Virus record (IMG/VR): IMGVR_UViG_3300020044_000702
Location: 1 to 45,291 of that record
Source: a virus
Lineage: Duplodnaviria > Caudoviricetes
Length of the DNA stretch: 45,291 nt
Reading direction: 5' to 3' (one strand)
Below are positions 9,138-16,765 of this stretch, piece after piece. The notes beneath the pieces are model-generated. The model did no database searches. It was not told the DNA's origin and was given only the letters and a program-made list of their open reading frames with translations. Every line of letters begins with the position of its first letter. The stretch's first letter is position 1. A program made the translations under genes and the position numbers.

Positions 9138-10016
9138 ATGGCAAGAGCAAAAGATTTAGCTGGTATCGCAGCCCTTGCCGGGTTGGGCTACATGCTGTCC
9201 AAAAAAGGTGATGAGACCGGCCCTAGCTCCACAGCGCAAGAGCGTGGGGATTCTGCGTTACGGATCAACGCCCAAAAAAATGCAATTTCAGGGAATAAAC
9301 CCAAAGAAGATGCTGACAACACTACCGCAAATGCGTACCGTAGCGGGGTCATGGGCGGGGCGACACAGCCTTCTGGCACAACCACTACAAACGTAGCGTC
9401 TGTTAAGCCTCGCAGTACCGTCGCAAGCAGCGACTTGCCGCCTGCCAAACTTAAATCTGTGTCTGAACCTTCTGATAAGTCAATAAAACTGGCCCCAGAA
9501 AAGCGCGATCTTGAAGCTGGAATGAGCCGTGGAACGCGTACTGCTCCCGCCCCTGCGAGTACTGTGTCTTCTTCCGAAGAAGGTATGAAAAACTACAAGC
9601 CTCGCCGTACTGCTCCCGCCCCTGCGAGTACTGTGTCTTCTTCCGAAGAAGGTATGAAAAACTACAAACCTCGCTACACCCCACCAAGCGCTACTAAGAG
9701 TGCGCCCCCAGCAGCTTCAAAGCCAGCAGCTTCAAAGCCTGCTACTTCCACGTCAAGCAACAGGGTTCCAACCTCTGAGCAGGCAGCAGCGAATCGCCAA
9801 GCGGCATACGACAAAGTCAAAGCTGTTAGGTCAAGCGTAGGCGACTATGTAAGAAACTTTGAAACCCCCGCAGAACGTCGCTCACGCGAAGCTAAAGAGT
9901 CTTCTGGCATGAAGCGTGGTGGCGCAGTCAAGAAGATGGCCTCTGGCGGTATGACCGCTTCTCGTCGCGCAGATGGTATCGCCACTCGCGGCAAAACTCG
10001 CGGCAAAATGTATTGA
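9138..10016 (+). CDS. Disordered S/T/A/P/K-rich protein with shared C-terminal tag
   Basis: 292 aa, RBS AAGGAG, short hydrophobic N-terminal segment, internal duplication, ends MKRGGAVKKMASGGMTASRRADGIATRGKTRGKMY. Confidence 0.78.
   Translation: MARAKDLAGIAALAGLGYMLSKKGDETGPSSTAQERGDSALRINAQKNAISGNKPKEDADNTTANAYRSGVMGGATQPSGTTTTNVASVKPRSTVASSDLPPAKLKSVSEPSDKSIKLAPEKRDLEAGMSRGTRTAPAPASTVSSSEEGMKNYKPRRTAPAPASTVSSSEEGMKNYKPRYTPPSATKSAPPAASKPAASKPATSTSSNRVPTSEQAAANRQAAYDKVKAVRSSVGDYVRNFETPAERRSREAKESSGMKRGGAVKKMASGGMTASRRADGIATRGKTRGKMY
9537..9674 (+). repeat. In-frame tandem duplication, 2 x 69 nt
   Basis: 9537-9605 and 9606-9674 differ at one base and both encode RTAPAPASTVSSSEEGMKNYKPR. A 2 x 15 nt repeat (PAASK) follows at 9708-9737. 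Confidence 0.95.
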
Positions 10017-10024
10017 GGTGAATC

Positions 10025-10255
10025 ATGAATGACGATCTCGAAAAGAACAAAACGGCCCCTCAAGAACCCGATGACGCATCTGCTGGGCGCAAGTTCAAAA
10101 AGGGCGAACCCGGTATGCCTGAGCAGCCCGGTCAAGACATTCGTGTCGATGGTAAGCCTGTGAAGCCCGCCAAAAAGATGGCCGGTGGTGGCTCAGCGTC
10201 AGCCCGTGCTGATGGCTGCTGCACCAAGGGCAAGACCAAAGGTCGATTTGTATGA
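10025..10255 (+). CDS. Small protein with shared C-terminal tag
   Basis: 76 aa, RBS GAGGTG, ends KKMAGGGSASARADGCCTKGKTKGRFV. Confidence 0.75.
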   Translation: MNDDLEKNKTAPQEPDDASAGRKFKKGEPGMPEQPGQDIRVDGKPVKPAKKMAGGGSASARADGCCTKGKTKGRFV

Positions 10256-10530
10256 TGGCCTCTCGCGGCATGGGCGCAATCAGGGCATCCAAGATGCCCG
10301 GTAAGAAGACGATCACCCGTAAGGATGATCCGAACAAAGTCGCCATGTACGCAGAGGGCGGCAAAGTCAATGCTGCTGGAAACTACACAAAGCCCAGTCT
10401 GCGCAAGCGGATTGTGGCCCAAGTAAAAGCAGCGGCGACGCAAGGAACAAGCGCTGGCCAGTGGTCAGCAAGGAAAGCTCAGCTTGTGGCCAAGAAGTAC
10501 AAGGCCGCTGGTGGGGGGTACAGAGATTGA
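10252..10530 (+). CDS. Small basic protein, DUF5872-like N-terminal half
   Basis: MYAEGG followed by NYTKPSLRKR...GQWSARKAQLVAKKYKAAGGGY. Family name from memory. Confidence 0.75.
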   Translation: MMASRGMGAIRASKMPGKKTITRKDDPNKVAMYAEGGKVNAAGNYTKPSLRKRIVAQVKAAATQGTSAGQWSARKAQLVAKKYKAAGGGYRD

Positions 10531-10760
10531 AAGCACCGCAGCAATCCCTGAAAGATTGGACAGCACAGAAATGGCGTACCAAGTCGGGGAAACCTTCCTC
10601 CAAAACTGGGGAAAGGTACTTGCCGGAAGCAGCAATCAACGCACTCAGCCCAGCCGAGTACGCCGCTACAACAAGGGCAAAAAGGGCCGGTAAAAAAGCC
10701 GGAAAACAGTTTGTGAAGCAACCACCCAAGGTGGCGAAGAAAACAGCGGGGTACAGATAA
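10527..10760 (+). CDS. Small basic protein, DUF5872-like C-terminal half
   Basis: TTG start overlapping the upstream TGA (TTGA). QSLKDWTAQKWRTKSGK...RYLPEAAI...GKQFVKQP. Confidence 0.7.
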   Translation: MKAPQQSLKDWTAQKWRTKSGKPSSKTGERYLPEAAINALSPAEYAATTRAKRAGKKAGKQFVKQPPKVAKKTAGYR

Positions 10761-10933
10761 TGGCCGAGAAGTGGATTCAAAAAGCGATCAAGAAGCCCGG
10801 AGCCTTGCGTGCTGAGTTGGGTGTGAAGGGTGACAAACCCATCCCCGCTAAGAAGCTGGCCGCAGCCGCCAAGAAGCCCGGTAAGTTGGGTCAGCGTGCT
10901 CGTCTGGCCGAAACCCTCAAGAAAATGAAGTGA
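10760..10933 (+). CDS. Small Lys-rich protein (57 aa, not in ORF track)
   Basis: TAATG coupling. MAEKWIQKAIKKPGALRAELGVKGDKPIPAKKLAAAAKKPGKLGQRARLAETLKKMK fills the gap exactly. Confidence 0.8.
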   Translation: MAEKWIQKAIKKPGALRAELGVKGDKPIPAKKLAAAAKKPGKLGQRARLAETLKKMK

Positions 10934-10934
10934 C

Positions 10935-11861
10935 ATGGCAAATACCTCTGGCGCAGTCAGTTTTAACCTCGACCTCACCGAGTTGGTAGAGGAGGCGTTT
11001 GAACGCGCCGGTGGTGAATTGCGCACCGGTTACGACCTTCGTACAGCCCGCCGCAGCCTGAACATCATGTTCGCGGATTGGGCCAACCGTGGCATCAACT
11101 TGTGGACGATTGAGCAGGGCACCATTGACTTGGTGCAGGGGCAGAACACGTACCCGCTGCCCGATGACACCATTGACCTGTTGGAGCATGTCATTCGCAC
11201 CGGTGCGAACGTGGCTTCGACTCAGGCTGACCTGACCATCACCCGCATCAGCGTCTCCACCTACGCTACGATCCCCAACAAGATCACACAGGCCCGCCCC
11301 ATTCAGATTTGGATTCAGCGGTACAACGGCCAGACTTCACCGACTGGGGTGGCTTTAGATGGGGCAATCACCAGCACTGCCACTGAAATCACGTTGGACT
11401 CCGTGGTTGGTTTGCCAGCCGCTGGCTTTGTAAAGATCGACAGCGAGATCATCAACTACAGCTACATCTCAGGCAACACCTTGTACAACTGCTTCCGTGC
11501 GCAGCAAAACACCACAGCGGCGAGCCACACAAGCGGTACAGCAGTCTATTGGCAGCAGGTTCCTGCTGTGACTGTTTGGCCAACCCCCGACAACGCCCAG
11601 ACCTATCAGTTGGTGTACTGGCGACTGCGCCGTACACAGGACGCTGGTGGCGGGGTAAACATCATGGACGTGCCGTTTCGTTTCATTCCTTGCATGGCCG
11701 CTGGGTTGGCGTACTACGTGGCTGGGAAGATTCCCACCGGCGCGGAGCGTTTGCCATTTCTCAAAGCACAGTATGACGAAGCATGGGAACTGGCAGCGTA
11801 TGAAGATCATGAGAAGGCTGCGTTGCGGCTTGTTCCCCGCCAGACCTACATTGGGAGGTAA
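10935..11861 (+). CDS. Head-tail adaptor / tail tubular protein-like
   Basis: 308 aa. EEAFERAG, ARRSLNIMFADWANRGINLW, VWPTPD, DVPFRFIPCMAAGLAYY. Carries an inserted beta-module. Confidence 0.7.
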   Translation: MANTSGAVSFNLDLTELVEEAFERAGGELRTGYDLRTARRSLNIMFADWANRGINLWTIEQGTIDLVQGQNTYPLPDDTIDLLEHVIRTGANVASTQADLTITRISVSTYATIPNKITQARPIQIWIQRYNGQTSPTGVALDGAITSTATEITLDSVVGLPAAGFVKIDSEIINYSYISGNTLYNCFRAQQNTTAASHTSGTAVYWQQVPAVTVWPTPDNAQTYQLVYWRLRRTQDAGGGVNIMDVPFRFIPCMAAGLAYYVAGKIPTGAERLPFLKAQYDEAWELAAYEDHEKAALRLVPRQTYIGR

Positions 11862-11863
11862 GG

Positions 11864-12289
11864 ATGGGTAACAGGTTTGCCAGCGGTAAGTATGCGATCG
11901 CTCAGTGCGATCGTTGCGACCAGCGGTTCAAGCTCAAGGTTTTGAAGACAGAGATTATCAAGACCAAGAAGTATGACTTGTTGGTTTGCCCGGAGTGCTG
12001 GGATCCTGACCACCCGCAGTTGCAGTTGGGTATGTGGCCTGTTGATGATCCGCAGGCTTTGAGGAATCCCCGGCCTGACCGCAGCTACGTGTTGTCTGGC
12101 ACAGATGGATTGCAGATCAATCCAACTGGAACAGGAATCAACGGCGCAGGAACAGTGGAAGGTGGTAGTCGAATCTTTCAGTGGGGTTGGAATCCAGTTG
12201 GTGGATCAAGAGCAAATGATGATGGTTTAACGCCAAATAGCTTGGTTTTGGCTGTGGAACTTGGTACAGTAACGGTAGCAACGACATAA
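11864..12289 (+). CDS. Conserved Zn-ribbon protein (CxxC...CxxC)
   Basis: CDRC...CPECWDPDHPQL, DPQALRNPRPD. Confidence 0.75.
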   Translation: MGNRFASGKYAIAQCDRCDQRFKLKVLKTEIIKTKKYDLLVCPECWDPDHPQLQLGMWPVDDPQALRNPRPDRSYVLSGTDGLQINPTGTGINGAGTVEGGSRIFQWGWNPVGGSRANDDGLTPNSLVLAVELGTVTVATT

Positions 12290-12299
12290 GGAGTCGAAA

Positions 12300-12473
12300 A
12301 TGGACGCAAAGAAAGCACTTAAAGCACACATGGCCAAAGGCATGAAAACCGCACACCCAGATGCTGCGGTTAAAAAAATGCGTGCTGGCGGCAAAACCAA
12401 CAGCGACATGCTGAAGTACGGTCGCAACATGGCCAAGGTTATGAACCAACGTAGCGCTGGAAGGGGTAAATAA
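12300..12473 (+). CDS. Small basic protein with KKMRAGG motif (57 aa, not in ORF track)
   Basis: RBS AAGGAG. MDAKKALKAHMAKGMKTAHPDAAVKKMRAGGKTNSDMLKYGRNMAKVMNQRSAGRGK. Confidence 0.78.
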   Translation: MDAKKALKAHMAKGMKTAHPDAAVKKMRAGGKTNSDMLKYGRNMAKVMNQRSAGRGK

Positions 12474-12474
12474 T

Positions 12475-12666
12475 ATGGCCACGCCTAAAAAAGTACCCTC
12501 AGTAGTTGTTGGCGAAGCCGATAACAAAAAGTACCTCAAAGACATGAACGTGTCTGTTGCAAATACCCGCAGTGGCGAATACAAGCCAACCAAGACCAGC
12601 GGCATCAAAATCCGTGGCACTGGTGCGGCTACTAAAGGCGTGATGGCCCGAGGCCCGATGGCATGA
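12475..12666 (+). CDS. Small basic protein with degenerate tag (RGTGAATKG)
   Basis: 63 aa ending KTSGIKIRGTGAATKGVMARGPMA, ATGA overlap with the next gene. Confidence 0.72.
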   Translation: MATPKKVPSVVVGEADNKKYLKDMNVSVANTRSGEYKPTKTSGIKIRGTGAATKGVMARGPMA

Positions 12667-13340
12667 ACTACGCACAGCTTGTAACTGCGATTCAGGATTA
12701 CACGGAGAATAGTTTCAACTATTCGACCGATCCAACGCCTATTGATACGTTTATCAAGCAGGCGGAGCAGCGCATTTACAACTCTGTGCAGTTCCCGTCC
12801 ATTCGCAAGAATGTGACAGGCGTAACAACTACAAGCAACAAGTATTTGTCATGCCCCAGTGACTTCTTGGCTGTGTATTCGATTGCAGTTGAAACGACTG
12901 ATGGGCAAGAGTTTCTCTTGAATAAGGATGTGAACTTCATCCGTCAGGCGTACCCCAAGGCAACCGACACAGCAGTCCCCAAGTACTATGCTTTGTTCGG
13001 CCCAACGACCACATCAGGATCAAGCCCTGTGGTCACCAATGAGTTGAGCTTCATTCTTGGCCCAACGCCGGATGCGGCTTACAACGTCGAGTTGCATTAT
13101 TACTACTACCCTGAGTCAATCGTTACAGCATCCACCACATGGCTGGGTGACAACTTTGATTCTGTTCTGTTGTACGGCTCACTGGTTGAGGCGTACACCT
13201 ACATGAAGGGTGAGCCTGACATCATGTTGGGATATGACACCAAGTACAAAGAGGCACTTGCGTTGGCAAAACGTCTGGGTGATGGCATGGAGCGTCAGGA
13301 CGCTTACCGGTCGGGTCAATTTAGACAGGCGGTGACCTGA
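12663..13340 (+). CDS. Tail tubular protein A / second adaptor-like protein
   Basis: MNYAQLVTAIQDYTEN, FIKQAEQRI, PKYYA, LGPTPD, LLYGSLVEAY. Podovirus adaptor pattern. Confidence 0.7.
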   Translation: MNYAQLVTAIQDYTENSFNYSTDPTPIDTFIKQAEQRIYNSVQFPSIRKNVTGVTTTSNKYLSCPSDFLAVYSIAVETTDGQEFLLNKDVNFIRQAYPKATDTAVPKYYALFGPTTTSGSSPVVTNELSFILGPTPDAAYNVELHYYYYPESIVTASTTWLGDNFDSVLLYGSLVEAYTYMKGEPDIMLGYDTKYKEALALAKRLGDGMERQDAYRSGQFRQAVT

Positions 13341-13762
13341 TGGCTTTCACAGGAAACTTTTCGTGCAATACGCTGCGTTCAGGCTTGGCAAATGGAACAA
13401 TCAATCTGACAAGCGATACGTTCTATTTGGCCTTGTACACCAACGATGCAACGCTGGATCAGACGACCACAGCCTACACAACAACTGGCGAGTCAACTGG
13501 CGGTGATTACACCGCTGGCGGTCAGGTTGTAACGGCAACTGTGTCTTCTCAGACAACATCATCCGGCGGCATCACATACGTTTCGTTTTCTTCTCCTTCA
13601 TGGAGCGGTCAGATCACTGCTCGCGGGGCATTGATCTACAAGGCCGGAGACAACGGCGCTGTTTGTGTTCTTGACTTTGGAAACACAAAAACATCGACCA
13701 CATCATTCACTGTAACGATGCCTGCAAACACAAGCACATCCGCACTCATCCGACTCGTTTAA
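13340..13762 (+). CDS. Putative tail/structural protein
   Basis: 140 aa. DTFYLALYT, YTAGG, ITARGALIY, VLDFG. Confidence 0.68.
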   Translation: MAFTGNFSCNTLRSGLANGTINLTSDTFYLALYTNDATLDQTTTAYTTTGESTGGDYTAGGQVVTATVSSQTTSSGGITYVSFSSPSWSGQITARGALIYKAGDNGAVCVLDFGNTKTSTTSFTVTMPANTSTSALIRLV

Positions 13763-13772
13763 GGAGCATTAA

Positions 13773-14354
13773 ATGTCAAACGTAGAAAAAGCCAAAGCAG
13801 CCGATACCATTGGCAGCGCAATTACCAAAGCCTTGGAGGCTGGCGAATCAGCCACAGCCAAAGGCGTTTACACGATGCAGTGCTTCGACAAAGACGGTAA
13901 CCTGAAGTGGGAAGCTGAATGCCCCAACTTGGTCGTCAACGGCGGCTTGCAGGACATGAACAACAAGTATTTCCTTGGCAGTGCGTACACCGCCACTTGG
14001 TACATCGGCTTGTATGGCGCTGGCGCATCAAACACACCAGCCGCTTCAGACACTGCATCTTCACATGCCGGTTGGACTGAAGTTGTGCCTTACAGCCAGT
14101 CAACCCGTCCGGCTTGTACGTTTGCTACGCCGACCACAGCCAACCCGTCTGTGGCAACCAACTCAGCTTCCCCTGCTGTGTTCAGCATCAACGCAACATC
14201 GACTGTTGGTGGCGCGTTCTTGATTAGCAACAGCACAAAGAGTGGTACTACAGGTACTCTGTACTCTGCTTCCGACTTCACATCCCCCGGTGATCGCTCT
14301 GTTGTTTCAGGCGACACATTGAACGTCACCTATACTTTGTCACTTGCGGGGTAA
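13773..14354 (+). CDS. Putative tail/structural protein
   Basis: 193 aa. KWE...NLVVNGG, WYIGL, GAFL, GTLYS, GDTLNVTYT. RBS AAGGAG. Confidence 0.68.
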   Translation: MSNVEKAKAADTIGSAITKALEAGESATAKGVYTMQCFDKDGNLKWEAECPNLVVNGGLQDMNNKYFLGSAYTATWYIGLYGAGASNTPAASDTASSHAGWTEVVPYSQSTRPACTFATPTTANPSVATNSASPAVFSINATSTVGGAFLISNSTKSGTTGTLYSASDFTSPGDRSVVSGDTLNVTYTLSLAG

Positions 14355-14372
14355 AATAAACTTGTGTATACT
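14344..14372 (+). promoter_or_regulatory. Putative sigma70 promoter for the HNH gene
   Basis: TTGCGG (14344-14349) - 17 nt - TATACT (14367-14372). Confidence 0.55.
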
Positions 14373-14397
14373 CTGATGTAACAACATTGGAGAATAC

Positions 14398-14964
14398 ATG
14401 AAACAATCAAAAAAACTTCTTGGAGTTTGGCGGGCAATGCACAACAGGTGTTACAACACAAACCACAAAAGCTACGCAAACTATGGCGGGCGGGGTATTT
14501 GCGTTGAGCCATCTTGGCATGGCTCGGCAGGATTTGTTCAATTTTTGGCTGATATGAGAGAATTACCAGAAGGCGGCACATTGGAACGCATTGACAACAG
14601 CGCAAACTATGGCCCATCAAATTGCAAGTGGGCTACACGCTCAGAGCAAGCAAAAAATAAAAGAAATAACCGGCATATAACAGCCAATGGCAAAACGCAA
14701 GTTTTAGCGGAATGGGCTAGAGAGCTTGGCTGCAAAAGTGCTGCGATTCTGTACAGGCTAAAAAAAGGCATGTCAGAGCAAGATGCCGTTACGCAGCCTA
14801 TTGCGCAACGACCAAACTCTAAGCTACAACCAAAAGATGCGTTGTATGTGCGAGCAAATTATCCGACAATGACCGCGCAAGCCATTGCTTCAAAACTTGG
14901 CGTATGCAAAAAAACAGTGTTGAATATTATTCATGGCAAAACGTTTGCCGATGTGATTGCGTAA
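14398..14964 (+). CDS. Free-standing HNH-type homing endonuclease with C-terminal HTH
   Basis: WRAMHNRC...YGGRGI...TLERIDNSANYGPSNCKWAT...N and TAQAIASKLGVCKKTVLNII. More AT-rich than its neighbours. Confidence 0.82.
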   Translation: MKQSKKLLGVWRAMHNRCYNTNHKSYANYGGRGICVEPSWHGSAGFVQFLADMRELPEGGTLERIDNSANYGPSNCKWATRSEQAKNKRNNRHITANGKTQVLAEWARELGCKSAAILYRLKKGMSEQDAVTQPIAQRPNSKLQPKDALYVRANYPTMTAQAIASKLGVCKKTVLNIIHGKTFADVIA

Positions 14965-14980
14965 AGGCGAAGGAATAGAA

Positions 14981-15157
14981 ATGGCAACATTTAAAAAAGG
15001 TGATGTAGTTCGTCTGACCGGCGTTGTGCCTCTTGGCCCAGTGATCGGTATGCGTATGGATGAAGATGGCAACGTGTCCTACTTGATTGAGTGGACTGAC
15101 ATTGAAGGCCATGTGCAACAGCGTTGGTTCGCTGAAGCTGATCTGGCGGCTGTCTGA
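14981..15157 (+). CDS. Small SH3-like protein (YodC/DUF2158-like)
   Basis: Start ATG 14981 after AAGGA. FKKGDVVRL...W...F.EA.L pattern. Confidence 0.6.
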   Translation: MATFKKGDVVRLTGVVPLGPVIGMRMDEDGNVSYLIEWTDIEGHVQQRWFAEADLAAV

Positions 15158-15176
15158 TATGAGTGGGGCATGACGA

Positions 15177-16265
15177 GTGTTTGGAATCTCCGCATTCTCA
15201 CAAGCCCCGTTTTCGTCGCTTGGTAACTCGACCTACGCAGTATTTGTAGTAGAGACAGCCACAGCGACGGATAGCGTTTCTTCGCTCTTAACTTTTCTCT
15301 CCGCAGTTTCAGAAACATCCACTGCGACTGACGCTGTTTCAACCAAGGTGACCTTCCCTGCGGCGGTCACTGAGACTTCGACTGCAACAGACACATTTGC
15401 TGCTGCCCAAACATTTGGCACGGCAGTCACCGAGACGGCAACGGCAACTGATTCAATTTCATCAGTACCAAAATACGCTTGCAGCGTTTCAGAGACTTCG
15501 ACGGCAACTGACTCCGTAAGCGCAGTCCCAACGTATTTGTCTTTGATTGCAGAGACGGCGACTGCCACAGATTCCGATGCGGTAGCAGCCAGCACATTTA
15601 ATGCGCCGGTTGTTGAAACAGCCACTGCAACAGACTCGATTGCAGCCAAGGCCACATTCCCTGCATCTGTCAGCGAAACAGCGACTGCGACCGACTCTGA
15701 TTCAGCCAAGCAAACCTTTGCCACGACCGTGACGGAGACGGCAACTGCCACAGATTCAGTGTCTGGCACTCAGACATTTAAATCAACCATTGCTGAGACT
15801 TTAACAGCCACGGATGCAGCATCAAGCTCGTTTGCCTTCCTTGGCAATGTCAGCGAGACGGCAACAGCGACAGACACCAATGTGGCTTCAAACCTGTGGA
15901 TCACGAACATTTCAGAGTCTTCCACAGCTACAGATGCTTTCAACGCAGCCGCAACATTTGAGGCTTTGGTTGAAGAGTTTGGCTCCGCTATTGATGAGGT
16001 GGTGGCAGCGCAGGTGTTCATTGCCGCCATCCAAGAAGCCATCACAGCATCAGACTCGTTCTTCTGCCGGTTCCTGTGGGAGCTTATCAACGACAGCCAG
16101 ACTGCAAACTGGGGCAATATAGATACCGCAGAAAGCACAACATGGGCGACAATCAACGCATCCCAGACCGCTGGGTGGGCGACTGTTGATACCGCAGAAT
16201 CCGCAGGCTGGGCAGAAATTGACGACAGCAATCCCAATACTTGGACAGATATTGGGACAACATGA
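15177..16265 (+). CDS. Repetitive fibre-like protein
   Basis: About 14 x 19-aa ETATATD repeats followed by about 6 x 11-aa Trp-anchored repeats. GTG start. Confidence 0.75.
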   Translation: MFGISAFSQAPFSSLGNSTYAVFVVETATATDSVSSLLTFLSAVSETSTATDAVSTKVTFPAAVTETSTATDTFAAAQTFGTAVTETATATDSISSVPKYACSVSETSTATDSVSAVPTYLSLIAETATATDSDAVAASTFNAPVVETATATDSIAAKATFPASVSETATATDSDSAKQTFATTVTETATATDSVSGTQTFKSTIAETLTATDAASSSFAFLGNVSETATATDTNVASNLWITNISESSTATDAFNAAATFEALVEEFGSAIDEVVAAQVFIAAIQEAITASDSFFCRFLWELINDSQTANWGNIDTAESTTWATINASQTAGWATVDTAESAGWAEIDDSNPNTWTDIGTT

Positions 16266-16274
16266 GAGTAAGAC

Positions 16275-16733
16275 ATGGCATTAGTTTTAGCTGATCGAGT
16301 TCGGGAAACTACTACCACTACTGGTACAGGCACAGTCACGCTTGCCGGAGCCGTCACGGGCTTTCAGTCGTTTGCTGTCGTTGGCAACGGCAACACCACG
16401 TACTACACCATCGCCGGACAGGGTACGTCCGAGTGGGAAGTTGGAATTGGTACGTACACCTCCGCAGGCACAACACTGGCCCGGACAACCGTGTTGGCCT
16501 CCAGCAACTCTGGCAGCTTGGTGACTTTCAGTGCCGGTACAAAAGATGTGTTTGTAACCTACCCCGCAGGCCGGTCGGTGACGGGAAATGATGGGTACGC
16601 AGAGAATGATGCCCAGATTGATTTAAGTTCCACAATCACCACGGGCAGAAACGCTATCAGCGCAGGCCCAATCACAGTTGCTACAGGTGTCACGGTGACT
16701 GTGCCAACAGGTTCAGTCTGGACTGTTGTCTGA
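16275..16733 (+). CDS. Tail fibre-associated protein with C-terminal GPITV..GVTVTVP.GSVWTVV module
   Basis: MALVLADRVRETTTTTGTG, EWEVGIGT, FSAGTKDVFVTYPA. Confidence 0.75.
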   Translation: MALVLADRVRETTTTTGTGTVTLAGAVTGFQSFAVVGNGNTTYYTIAGQGTSEWEVGIGTYTSAGTTLARTTVLASSNSGSLVTFSAGTKDVFVTYPAGRSVTGNDGYAENDAQIDLSSTITTGRNAISAGPITVATGVTVTVPTGSVWTVV

Positions 16734-16765
16734 CAAACCAATAGAATGCAAAAAGGAGTTTAAAC

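Noticed and set aside
9537-9674. CRISPR-like or mobile repeat
   Set aside because: Only two adjacent units, no spacers, in frame within a CDS.
14355-14980. Group I intron around the HNH genes (also 21974-22536)
   Set aside because: Flanking genes are complete and there is no non-coding room for a ribozyme core.
15233-16357. Long minus-strand ORFs (15233-15769, 15770-16357)
   Set aside because: Antisense shadows of the repetitive Thr/Ala-rich gene, with no RBS or independent features.
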